A stretch of 64,000 bases of DNA from Octopus sinensis. Its lineage: Eukaryota. Within the stretch, counting starts at the first letter, position 1. Every line of letters begins with the position of its first letter. The translations under genes were made by a program, and so were the position numbers. The DNA lies in contig NC_043021.1 of the NCBI RefSeq assembly GCF_006345805.1, positions 10,168,001-10,232,000 of the forward strand, in the 5' to 3' direction. The notes beneath the pieces are model-generated. The model did no database searches, was not told the origin of the DNA, and was given only the letters and a program-made list of their open reading frames with translations. Below are positions 12,284 through 24,920 of this stretch, one piece after another.

Positions 12284-13940
12284 ATGGCTTCTCAATATTG
12301 TATTTAAGACTTAAGCTAGGTTGCTGTTGTCATTGTATTATTTGTTATCTGATCAAACTTTGGTCAAGGAGGTAGCTCAGAGAATGCTTAGCAACAAGAG
12401 CTCACAGTGTAGATACGATACTTAATAAGCCAGTCGTTCATATTATCACCGGTTGTCAAGGTATTTAGGATCTTTGACATGTCTGCCCGGTTCACTTACC
12501 TGTGTAGGTGAGTAGGTTATGGGTGTGTGTGCTTGTATCAAGGCCGAGCTGTGGTTGAGACGGGGTCCCCCATATGGTTGATCTAGAAAATCGGCAGTTC
12601 AGATCTTGTGTCTGGTGGGTGGTGCGTTGAGTTTTTTTTTTTTAATCCAGGCCCTCTTAGATCCGTTCTCAATGACCAAGAGAATCGACCATGTCGTTCG
12701 TTTGTATCTGATGATTGGTGTAAGTCACGGCTGCAGCACTGTTGGTGGTGATGGTCATACATGGCACCTTACTTTGGCAGTTGTACAGTCTACTTCTATT
12801 TACATCTCCACTGTGTGTGTGTGTGTGTGTGTGCATGCGTGTCTCAGGTGAGAGGATAAGGTGCAGCTTTGAAAAATTGCTATATATATTTGCTTGTGCA
12901 GCTGCAAAACGGTGTGGTGTTAATGGTAGTGATGGCGATGGACACCTACTAGTTGTAGGATGTTTGTTATTAAAGATTAGAAAATGCTACAAACACCTTG
13001 ATGTCTTATTGTTAATATCGTTGTTTTCCCTGCCCCCCCGTTTCAAAGTTTTTTTCTTCTTCTTTTTCCATTCATCACACCCACTCCCTGTTTTCACTCC
13101 ACCTTCATCATTCAAGTCTCCTGTTAATTGTATGCAAGACTCCTCCCTCCCCCAAATCTCATCTCCGTCACTTTCGGTTCATTTGCAGACGTTGTTATGG
13201 TTGTGCAACAAGAAAGGGGCAAAGTTCTGTAGTGAGATAAGTATGTGTGTGTGTGTGTGTTATGGGCATGTCCATCCTGCTGTTGATGATAGTGATGATG
13301 AACTCTTCCTCCCTCCCTTTTTTCCTTTGTTATCCATAGCTGCAAATATGTAAATTATTATCACTTTGCAAATCATCTCTCACCGCTACTCTCATGCCCT
13401 CCTCCCTCCCTCCCTCTCTTCCTTCGTAGTCACTACTCTCACTACCAGCTTACAGCTACCAACAGCAGTGCTACTCTTCCCCACCTCCACCTCTATCACT
13501 ATATTGTCCCCCCTCCTCTCCATCACTACCACTGTTACTCCTGCCGCCACCTCTGCTACCACCATACCACCGCCTCTATCACAGTCTCCTACTACCACTG
13601 CAACCCTCAACAACAACAACAACAACAACACATACCTGACTTAATGAATTAGTGTATTTTTATTTCTTGTATTTTTGGTCCCTTCACTCCTTCCTTTTCT
13701 TTTTCGCACCTCCCTTTCTGTAACCTTCACTTCTGCTCTTTTTCATTCCTTTCTCTCTCTCTCTTCCTCTCATCTCTTCTCTCTTTATATCCTTTCAATT
13801 TCTCTTTTTGTCTCCCTCCACTTTTTCTCACAAATCTTTGTTTTCTTTCATTTCCTTGACACTCTCTTATATCCCTGCTAATTGGCTCCCTTCACCATCA
13901 CCACTACTACTACTATTACTATCTCTATCATCATCATCTT
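11210..13940. repeat. Trinucleotide-rich low-complexity region downstream of the GMPS stop (probable 3' UTR)
   Basis: Blocks of CAA/CAG/CAC, GAT, GGT/GTT and ACC/ACT repeats. Confidence 0.7.
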
Positions 13941-14439
13941 CAGCATTAGATAAATTGCCTTAAAAGGAAAAAAAAAAAAGACATCACATGGTCCCTGCAA
14001 AAAAAGAAAAAACCCCAAAAAACCAAAAAAACCAAAAAACAAAGACTTCAAAAACATAAACAAAAATATCTAAGTTAAAAAAAAAAATGCTTAAAAAATA
14101 TTTCAGGGGTTGTAGAACCCTGTCTTTTTTCCTCCTCCCAAGTTTCCCATTTTACCTTCAAATCTCTACAGTTTCCCCCTACCCCCCACCTCTCTAAAGA
14201 CCTTCGAAAATTGAGTTTGAGAATAAAGGGTGTAGAAAAGCTTTTTTTACAAACATTGGTTATAATAATATTAATCTATAATAATAAAAGTGAAATTTTG
14301 TCTGTCCGTCTGGGACCCCTGTATCTCGGTCTAAATTTGCTCTACATAGACATATACTTTTTTGGGAATCATGATCTTGGGATTGAAAATCTGCCCATTA
14401 TTTGGTTTTAAACATCCAGCATTGGGATCTGATTTAAAA

Positions 14440-14845
14440 GTACCTTGGATCGCAGGACGGCCTGCTGTGCTTACCTTGGATTGTAGGGCGACCTGCTGTG
14501 CTTGAGGAGACCTATTGAGTCAAGTACATCAACATCAAAATAAAAATGAAATGGAAATTGTAGTTGTGGTACTTGTGCTGGTGGCATGTAAAAAGCACCA
14601 TTCGAACGTGGCCTATGCCAGTGCCGCCTTGACTGGCCTGTGCCGGTGGTTCATAAAAAGCACCAACCAATTGTGGCTGTTGCCAGCCAACCCTGGCACG
14701 TAAAAAGCACCCACTACACTCATGGAGTGGTTGGTATTAGGAAGGGCATCCAGCTGTAGAAACACTGCCAGATCAGACTGGATCCTGGTGCAAATTGTCC
14801 AACCCTTGCTAGCATGGAAAGTGAAGTTGAACGATGATGATATGA
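14440..14845 (+). mobile_element. (GAT)n-tailed retroelement family D, diverged
   Basis: Shares 5' motifs with the 44.6-47.1 kb array unit and the same 3' end. Confidence 0.65.
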
Positions 14846-15419
14846 CATCGAAGTCAACAGATCAGTGTTCAGCTTTTGCTGAATGACCTTTACAACTGAT
14901 TTGTGTATAGTGATCAATTGTATGCGCTGTACATTAGCTCACCTCTCTCCATCATTTCTATGTGATCAGAACAGGTGCACTGTGTACCACAGGTCAGATG
15001 TCGAAATGATTGCAGAGCGACTTGAAAATGATGTGTTTTGCTCAAGAACAATATACATTGCTTGGTCCAGGAATTGAACCTACGGTCTAACGATTGTGAG
15101 TGTAACGCCCTAACCACTTAGCCAATAACCTTCACAGTAGATAAATAGCCTTAAAAGGAAAAAAAAAAGACATCAAGTAGTCTTAGTGACAAAAACAAAA
15201 CAAAATGTTATATATATATATATATACATAGATAGATAGATAGCATACTTATATAACATACACATGTACATATGTATATACGTACATATATATATATATA
15301 TATATATAGCATACATATGTACATATATAAAATTTCTGATAGGAGAATTCAAAGAAAAAAGGAAGCACAGCAGGATGAACAAATGAAAAGAAATGGAATG
15401 GCATGGATTGAAAATGTTG

Positions 15420-15945
15420 GCAGTTAAGCCTGCTGGGTTTGGTTGGGGGATGGAAACTTGAAATGGCAAACAGAAACGTTAATTATAACTGCTCAGGAAC
15501 AAGCCCTTTGGAAAAATTTGATAAAGGCAAAGATCGACAAAAGTCAGTCAGACAGCAAATGCAGAATCTGCAGGAAAAGTGACGAGAGTATCAGTCACAC
15601 TTTCAATGAGTGCAGTATACTAGAACAAAAGGAATACAAGTGCAGACATGACTGCATAGGCAAAAGAGTGCATTGGGATGTTAGTCGAGTATTTGGTTTC
15701 AAAACTAGAGAAAAGTGGTATGAACCAGGGTCTGTTAGAAAATGAGATTTACAAGATCTTGTGGCACTTTGCTATGAAGACTGACCATACTACTGGGGTA
15801 AGAGGACCAGGCAGGATATAGGGAACAAAATAAACAGTGTATGATCAGATTTTGCAATTCCTTATGATAGAGTTGATACCAAAGAAATGGGGAAAAGAAA
15901 AACAATGAGAAATGATGGGAACTATTTAGGGAGCTGAGAAGACTC
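15420..15945 (+). mobile_element. R4/Dong/NeSL-type (restriction-like endonuclease) non-LTR retrotransposon C-terminal fragment
   Basis: ETLIITAQEQAL...CRICRKSDESISHTFNEC...EYKCRHD.IGKRVHW zinc knuckle, followed by a frameshifted KILWHF..KTDH...RRP...DFAIPYD nuclease remnant. Confidence 0.8.
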
Positions 15946-16335
15946 TTACTTGTTTCAGTCATTTGACTGCGGCCAGGCTGGAGCACTGCCTTTAGTCGAG
16001 CAAATCGACCCCAGGACTTATTCTTTGTAAGCCTAGTACTTATTCTATCGGTCTCTTTTGCCGAACTGCTAAGTTACAGGGAAGTAAACATGCCAGCATC
16101 GGTTGTCAAGTGATGTTGGGGTGACAAACACAGACACACATACACATATATATACATATACATATGTATGACGGGCTTCTTTCAGTTTCTGTCTACCAAA
16201 TCTACTCACAAGGCTTTGGTCGGCCTGAGGCTATAGTAGAAGACACTTGCCCAAGGTGCCACGCAGTGGGACTGAATCCGGAACCATGTGGTTGGTAAGC
16301 AAGCTACTTACCACACAGCCACTCCTACGCCTATA
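15945..16335 (-). mobile_element. SINE family A
   Basis: Full-length match to the other family A copies. Confidence 0.85.
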
Positions 16336-16621
16336 TAATAAAGATAATTTTAAAAACTTGCTCAACATCACGACGAAGAAAGCTGTGGATTGCGAATTGT
16401 TTTGACTTCGCTTAAAGAAAGGGGCTGAAAAAATTCACTTTTTTTTTCATTCTATTTTATTTTTATTTATGGGGAGGGGGCCTGATATTTGAGTTCAGTC
16501 GCTAAAGTGTTCAAGCGAAGAGATAGTGTCTTTTTCAAGCAAGTAGAATGCAAATGTAAACATTTCCTTGTTGACTCGGTCCATTTAACTGCTATTTCTA
16601 GCAAAAAGAGGTTCGATAGAG

Positions 16622-16838
16622 CAAGGGTCCTCAATCACCGGAATGCAGAGAAAGAATAAAATTTTGAATTTTATTTCTGTTTTATTGACTATCACAATCT
16701 ACAGGGTAATTTTTGCAAAAATATATGTATTATATTATGATCTTTATTGTGTTTTGTTACGTCCATGATTCACTGGCCTGTGGAAATATTGTCTTGCGTG
16801 AAACCGGTCCGTGGTACAAAAAAATTTGGTGATCGCTG
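16622..16838. mobile_element. hAT/Charlie-like MITE (degenerate)
   Basis: CAAGGGTCCTCAATC ... CCGGTCCGTGGTACAAAAAAATTTGGTGATCGCTG ends resemble Charlie-type termini. Confidence 0.45.
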
Positions 16839-17089
16839 ATAGAGAGGAATCTGTTGTATAGAAAAATATTTTAGCTCCAAGAAAGCACTTGTGAAGAGGT
16901 AACAAGACATTTACCTCTCTTGCTTTTAGATTAAATTTTAAATCCCATCACAGAGTTTGTTTTGTATTACTTGACTAATCTCCGAAGATCAGCCTAAATC
17001 AACGCATTGTTTTACATACGCAAGACTCTATTGTATTTATATTTCCTTTCCGTCATATTGTTGTTTGCAGGAAAACCCGAAAGGGTAAA

Positions 17090-17400
17090 AGAAGTTTGTG
17101 GTTAAATTATCTTCAATTCAGTATTCTATCCTCACCTGTGGTCAAGAATGTAGAGTAATGAATGAAAGAGTACAATTGCAAATACAAGAGGCCGAAATGA
17201 ATCTCTGGAGTAACGTTATTCGACAATGTGCATAGCTCAGACATCAAGGAGTCCCTCCATATCGAGCCTCTATTTCTCCGTATTGAGAGGCCACAGCTCC
17301 GGTGCTACGGACATGTGATTAGAATATCGAAGGAAAGGATTGCATGACGGATTTTTCCAGTTGAGCCAACTTCGAGGAGACCTCGGGGTAGATCAAGAAT
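17090..17400 (+). mobile_element. Degenerate RTE LINE 3' fragment
   Basis: IQEAEMNL ... LR..GH/TC ... remnants of the post-RT RTE region, with stops and frameshifts. Confidence 0.55.
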
Positions 17401-18057
17401 AAGATGAGTTGATAATATCTATAGTGTCAGTTGTTCACGCTTGGGAATCCTGCCGTCAAATGAGGGTTGCTTCTGATAGGACCTTTTGGCGGAGTTGCCT
17501 GAAGTCTCTACTCTTACGACACTTATATTTTATTCGTTTTAGTCTTTGAACTGCAGCCATACTGGTGCTCTTCCCTCGAAGCGTTTTGATACTTATTTCA
17601 GTCTGACACTGATTTCATCGTTCCCCATATATCGAATTGCATCCACTTTGACGTAAAGAGATACTCAGGAAGACCCAAACACAAATCCACAGAAATATAT
17701 ACCACGGGTTTCTGTAGTTTCCGTTAACCACATTCTTCTCAAGGTATTAGTGAACAGGGCCTGTAAGAGATGGTAGGGCTGTTCATTAATTCGGGTCCGA
17801 TGAGATACCCTTAATTCTTTGGGCCCCTCTCTAAAACCTTATAGCCCCTTCATTTCAAGAGGATTTCACTTGCCGGGATCCCCAAGCACGTTTCTTCCTC
17901 TTTGGCAAATTTCTCCTGGCAGCTCTGTTGGTCAATCTGAAACTGCAGTATGAGACACTTACCCAGCATGTTGCACAGTGAAACCTAACTCGGAGTCACG
18001 AGCTCCAGGAATAGTCATGCGATTACCAGACAATGTAGAATATGTTATACTTTAAAC

Positions 18058-18246
18058 CAGTGGTTTTCAACCAGGGTTCCGCCAGTACAGTCCAGGGGTT
18101 CCGCAAGAAGTTACAAAACTGCTAAAATCGGCAGTAACTTTTAATTCTCCTGTGCAGAAGACTGTTAAATTATTGCACAGGGGTTCCCCGAGCCAGTGGA
18201 ATGTTTCCTTGGGGTTCCGCTCCAGCAAAACGTTTGAAAAGCACTG
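18058..18246. mobile_element. hAT-type MITE
   Basis: TIR CAGTGGTTTTCAACC / GTTTGAAAAGCACTG with a perfect 8-bp target-site duplication CTTTAAAC on both sides. Confidence 0.85.
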
Positions 18247-19078
18247 CTTTAAACGTATGCATTATCTCGCTTAGCAGGATAAGACAACAGCAAACACAAT
18301 AGCCTCGTCCCGAGAGATAATTTATAAGGCGGAACGAGGTTACTTTCGGGCGCCATTTACGAAGCATCAAATCTTTTTCACTCGAATTTACAGAGTATTC
18401 CTGTACCGCTCCAGTGTGGAGGCCTGGATATAGTTTCTTAACTTACTAAACATAACAGCTTAATCTCCCTCAAGCCATACACTACGGTTTTAACAAAGGA
18501 AGGACATATTGAATAAAAAAAACTAGAACGTCTTTGATCCCATGTCTTCTTAATTACGATTGATATGAGGCAGAAAGATTTATTCACCTCGCTATGTAGG
18601 TAACTCGGGTGCTCACATGAGCAAGCAGCTACAGGGTTGTTCGATTTGCTGAAAAATAGCAGCCAAACTCTCCCCTAATGTCAACCCTCCCTGAAGCAGG
18701 AAAAATTAAGTTGCAGTTGTTTAGACCCAAGTAAGCCATAATAGAGTAAATTTTCGATTCATTACTTTTGAGCAATGACTATAGTGTCTTTCTCATATTT
18801 TCAGTTACAGAACATCCAAACCACATATGGGAAAGTATCTTGCCATACTATTTTCAGCAGATCGAAGTGCACTCATTCTTGCTGCTGTTAAACAAGATAA
18901 CTGATGTCGTATCCTATATAACTACAGATGTTGATAAGGTAGATGTGAAATTGTATTAAGCGAAGCTTAATCAAGGTTGTGTTAGCCACAGAGAAAGGGA
19001 AAGAACTCTTCCCATTTTAGATAATTATTAGCTTAAATTTGCTAATCTTGTATGTTTTGGCCAGGAATTATATCGGTA

Positions 19079-19473
19079 ACTAGCAGTATCGCCCGGCGTT
19101 GCTCGGGTTTGCTTCGACCCTTTAGAATTGGAATTTTTGAAAAGTAAAAAGTTTGCATTTTGTAGCTTGTTATTCTCTTTAAGTGAACATTTTTCTGGTT
19201 GAAATACACCGAAAAATGGCGACACAGCAGTCAAAAAATCATAAAAAATCGGGATTTTCATAGAAAAAAAGCAACTTTTTGATGTAAATAATTTTTGGTG
19301 TTAACATGGTCCGATTTGAATTTTTTCTTCTACGGAAGGAAGAGCAAGCCTTCTTCTATCATACTCTCAATTTTGGTCAACTTACACCACAGGGTCTAGG
19401 AGGAGATAGTGTTAGTTGAAGGCTACCAAACCTGCCCACACACAGACAACTTCAGCTTTATATATAGAGAGAT
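19079..19473 (+). mobile_element. Non-autonomous Helitron/Helentron-like element
   Basis: 5' ACTAGCAGTATCGCCCGGCGTTGCTCGGG and 3' CAGACAACTTCAGCTTTATATATAGAGAGAT; related copies at 54152-54448 and 63089-63468. Confidence 0.65.
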
Positions 19474-20244
19474 AATTCTTATTACATATAAAGCTATCAA
19501 TTCAGGAGAAGGAATCAACTGATTATATTACCCTCAGTATATGGATGGTACTTTTTTTTTCAGCCGATTATATCGCCCTTAGTTGTTGCTGTTTTTTTTA
19601 TCTATCGATTCCGAAGGGACAAAAAGACGAAGTTGCCGTAGGTGGGATTTGAACTCAAAACGGAAAGAGTAAATTCTGTATCCTATTTTTTGGCCGGTAT
19701 TTTAACGATTCTGCCAAATAATAATTCTTTAGTGTTGAATTTAGACATAAAGTTATTTATTTTGAGGAGAGGCAGTCAGTCGATTCGATCGATACAAATA
19801 TTTGGCTGGTACTTGCTTTTATCGATCCCAGAAGGATGATAGGCAAAGTTGAAACCAGCGGGATTCGAATTCAGAACGTAAAAAGCCAGAACGGCGACCT
19901 TTGACTTTAAGTACATAGGACGTCTGCACTAATGAAACCAAAACAATCCGGTAATATACAAAAATAGACATGGGTATTCTGAGTAAACGAAACGAATACT
20001 TAAATTAAATGGAAATAATTTAATATTCTCTTCAGTTTAATATTTTCACATTTATTTCATAACTTCGTAGGAATGTTTTAACAACAATAATAATTCTTTC
20101 TACTATAGGCACAAGGCTTTAAATTTTGGGGGAGAGAGCTAGTCGACTATATCAACTCCAGTGCACAAAATAAGTACCAGTTGAACACTGGCGCCCCAAC
20201 GCTCCCAAAATTTCACGCCTTGTGTCTATAGTAAAAAGAATTCA

Positions 20245-20540
20245 TTTACTTGTTTCACCGCCTTTAGTCGAGCAAATCGACCCCAGTACTTATTCTATCA
20301 GTCTCTTTTGCCGGGGACGTAAACTCACCACCATCGGTTGTCAAGCGATGATGGGGGGGGGGCAAACACACACACACACATATATATATGTATATATATA
20401 CATATATATACATACATACGACGGGCTTCTTTTAAATCCACTCACAAAGCTTTGGTCGGCCCGAGGCTATAGTAGAAGACACTTGCCCAAGGTCCCACGC
20501 AGTGGGATTGAACCCGGAACCACAGCCACTCCTGTGCCTA
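20245..20540 (-). mobile_element. SINE family A, internally deleted
   Basis: Same sequence with several deletions. Confidence 0.8.
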
Positions 20541-21135
20541 TGGGAATAGTTATTATTGTTTAGGGGGTTAGTATATTTATCTGGTAATTCTTGCTATTAA
20601 GATTGCCTACGGCATAACCGTTTTGTAATAAGTTTATAGAAATGTGGCAGTATGATTTTTATTTTATTTATTGGCTTTCCGAAATAAATGTACGAGTAGG
20701 GAACTTCTTTGAAGAAATGATTTTAAATTGGTTTCAAAGTCCCTCACAAATTTCAAATAGTTTTGTTTGTCCAGTTGCTAAGTGACTGGGTTGGCAGTAT
20801 ATATCTCCAGGATTAGAGAGTAACCGTTCTACTTGTAAAGGCGCCAATTTTAAGGTTTGTGTTTTTTTAATTGCATTTGTTATTGTTCGTATTAGAAGAC
20901 ATTTCTTTCTTGTATTAATTCGATCATTTCTGAATTGATTCAAGTTTCAACTGTCGCTCACTCATGTACAATTAATTCATGCAGAACTAATGTGTGAACG
21001 TAGGGATGGTTCGAGATGGTTGGAGGAACACAAATGACTTTTTTTTTCTTCAATTATAATTCCGTTTATATATACGAGACTTCGTGGGGAATATATTAGA
21101 CTTTAATGTACACCTGTTCACTATTCAGTTTTTAC

Positions 21136-24100
21136 ATGGCAGATGAGGAAAACAGCATCAAGACCTTTTTTTTTTTCGGTCCTCTGACCGTAGCGAACGG
21201 GTATGAGGGGAAAACATCACCGACAGGTTAGGTGCTGAACTGGGGTTCTTACCGAGCGACTGATTAAGTGTTAATCACATGGTTTAGGGTTGCCATGTCT
21301 GATAATTCAGAATCCAGGACAGTTATCATCACCCTTCGTGGCTCGCCCAACTGAGTTCGGACCTTTGGCGTAGAATACCTAATAAAACGTATACGTTTGA
21401 AAGCATACTTTTTCGAGAATGGACCCCAGGAAGAAACTTCCTTACCTCAAGTATAGCTTCACCACACAAAAAAAAAAAAAAAATGCCCACGTCAAAATCA
21501 AAGAATTGGAAGTCTTCGAAAACGACCTAATAAATATGATTAAAAAGGTAAACTTTCCCCGTCGGTACTCTACAATAACAGACCTGGATATCGACTTCAT
21601 TATGCATGCCAGAAAATCCTATGTTTTGACAGATCTTTTTGGGTAAAATGTAACAGTCCAGAGCTATTATGGACATATGGGTGAGTTCACTATCTTCGTA
21701 GCTAATGTGTAGTTTGTTGTTTTAATACGACAGTGTTCGCAGTCTTGGTTGAAGTGATGACGTCGGTGGTGGTAGCTTGTTGATGATTGTGTCTGTGTGT
21801 TTGTTCAATAGTAGCACGTTAGCACGCCGGGCGAAATGCTTAGCGATATTTCGTCTGCCGTTACGTTGTGAGTTCAAATTCCGCCGAGGTCGACTTTGCC
21901 TTTCATCCTTTCGGGGTCGATAAATTAAGTACCAGTTACGCACTGGGGGTCGATGTAATCGACTTAATACCTATGTCTGTCCTTGTTTGTCCCCTCTGTG
22001 TTTAGCCCCTTGTGGGTAATAAAGAAATAGGTATTTCGTCTGCGTTACGTTGTGAGTTCGAATTCTGCCGAGGTCGACTTTGCCTTTCATCCTTTCGGGG
22101 GTCGATAAATTAAGTACCAGTTATGCACTGGGGGTCGATGTAATCGACTTAATACCTATGTCTGTTCTTGTTTGTCCCCTCTGTGTTTAGCCCCTTGTGG
22201 GTAATAAAGAAATAGGTATACAAAAGGTGTTTTTACGTGCTACCTGGTCAGGCAATGAACTTTTCCGTCAGCCCTCGTAATGTCACAGAGAAACTTAACA
22301 TTGCAACTTCCTGTTTCTCTTCCATCTTATAATCAGCCGAACCAAATTAAGACATCCTCATCATCATCCTAAACATGTTCTCCTTTGCAGGACTCCTTTA
22401 CTAATGGATGGGAAATTAATTAAGAAGTTCAAATCTCCGGTAAGATTTTCTTACTCTTCTGCTTGTTTAAATCATTAACACTCTGGTCATATTAGGGGAA
22501 TCTTCATGAAGGGGTTTTTGTTGAATAAATCAACCCCCAGTACCTATTTTTTTTTTACATTTTTGAAAGCCTGCTTTTATTCTGTTCATCCCTTTTGCTG
22601 AACTTCTAAGTTACAGGGACATAAGTAAACTAACGCTGGTTGACAAAGCAGTACAGGTGGATAAACACAAAGACACACATGCACATATATATACCGGAGT
22701 AAACACATAAATGTGAAACAAGGTGGAAAAAAGAGTACTCAAATACCAGGGGTAGAGTAATATGCTTTATTTAAAAGCAGCAGAAATTCAACAAAACCTG
22801 TTACTCTGAGTTTCACATTCCCGTTCGTTGGACAGTTTTGTTGAATTTCTGCTGCTTTTAAATAAAGTATATATATATATATGTACATATATGTATGTGT
22901 GTGTGTGTATATATATGTGTATGTGTGTGTGTATATATACATATATGTGTGTGTATATATATATATACATACATACATACATATATATATATATTATATA
23001 CATATATGTGTGTGTATATATATACATACATATATATATATATTATATACATATATGTGTGTGTATATATATACATACATATATATATATATTATATACA
23101 TATATGTGTGTGTGTATATATATACATGTGTGTGTGTGGAGTAAGTATCACTGATGAGCATTAATTTCATGCAAAATTAGTGTGCTAATCTGATATCCTT
23201 GCTTGCTGTGGGGAGTTTTATTTGTTCAAGGGCCTTTAAGATATTATTGTGGATCTCCAATTTACTATTTTGTTGTGCGAAACCCCCCAAAAATTTTATA
23301 TGGACCCTCAGGGACCATATGGGCCCCAGAACCACTGACTAAAATCATAAAAATAAAAATAAAACAAAGACAAAGAGTTCTTATTGTCATAAAACTGTTG
23401 TCATTATGTTGTTTTTAGTTGATCAAGAACGCTGGATCTGAAGAAGTTTTGAATGATGGCCTTTGTCAACGTCTCCAAAACATGGAATCAGAATTGTCTG
23501 ATACTAACCAAAAGATTGCTGAACTTGAAAGCATGTAGGTATCTGCCATCATAAAGCAGCTTTTTATTTGGTTACTCAACCTGCGAGAAATAGCTACCTA
23601 ATCTCTCTCATCTTACACCCTACAATCATTTTTTTTCTGTCTGTTTTTATTTTTTATTTCTTACAGGGTGAATAAATGATAAAGTATTGATCCAGAGCAG
23701 TGGATTAGTAGAAATGAATGAACAACAGACCATATGCCTTATGGTGTTTGTTCTCTGTCTGTACGTGCTGTGTTCAAATCATGCCACAATCTTATTTCTT
23801 TATTGCCCACAAGGGGCTAAACATAGTCGGGACAAACAAGGACAGACAAAGGGATTAAGTCAATTAGATCAACTCCAGTGCGCAACTGGTACTTAATTTA
23901 TCGACCCTGAAAGGATGAAAGGCAAAGCTGACCTCGGCAGGATTTGAACTCTGAACGTAAAGACAGATGAAATACTGCTAAGCATTTCGCTCAGCATGCT
24001 ACCATTTCTGCCAGCTCGCCGCCTTACAATCTGCCGAGGTGGGGACTTTATCTTTTACTCATCCTAACAACATTACTCTGCACCCAACTCATGAGGTTTT

Positions 24101-24880
24101 GGTTTTATGAACATTGCGTTTTCTCCTGATTTATCATCATCATCATTGTTTTGATGTCCATTTTTCCATGTTTACACGTGTGGGAGAGAATTTGGTGAGA
24201 CAGATTTTCTTTTTCTACAGCTGGATGCTCTTCCTGTCATGCACTTGCAACTGTTTCCAAGCAAGGTTGAATTTCTACTTGACCAGACATGTTTTTTCAT
24301 TGAAACCTCGAATCAAATAATCTTGACTGATGATATGCATTTATGTTCATTCTGTGATATTTAGACAAGGATACATACACGTACATATATATACACTCAC
24401 ACACATATATGTTTATGTTCATACCCATGCATGCATGGAAGATGGATGTTAAACAACGATGATGACAGATATATATGTATATATATATATATATATGTGT
24501 GTGTATACATATATATTGTACAGTCCGTGTATACATATATATTGTACAGTTCTTCTTGTTGAAGAATAATAAATATAAATGAACATAAAAACAAGCATTA
24601 ATGCATTCATATATATATATATATTACCTTCGAAAAATGCAATGTCGAAGCAGGGGCAGCTGAAGAAGGGGAATGTTCCTTGTGTTGTTTGTCTTGTACT
24701 CTGTTTTTTCGTTGTTTAAGAAAAATGTCCATTTCCATGTTTTGTTTTATGTTTTCATTTCTCCTTGTGTTCCACGTTTTTTGTGATGTCCTGTACTCAT
24801 ATATGCATGTATATATACATATAGATGTAGGTATGTACATATATATATGTATGTATGCATATACTTTATTTATTAAATTG

Positions 24881-24920
<40 letters not shown>

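Noticed and set aside
18805-18938. Possible orphan exon (good acceptor, AAG|GTAGAT donor)
   Set aside because: No recognisable homology and no partner exons; could be a UTR or lncRNA exon but is unsupported without RNA data.
20560-20940. GIY-YIG endonuclease remnant on the minus strand
   Set aside because: Only vague spacing similarity; too degenerate to call without a profile search.
22739-23164. Cluster of ORFs in the track (IYIY/CVCV/HTHT-rich); likewise at 44335-44752, 47090-47527, 50615-51234, 54954-55747, 56245-56579, 57381-57768
   Set aside because: Translations of dinucleotide and tetranucleotide microsatellites, not genes.
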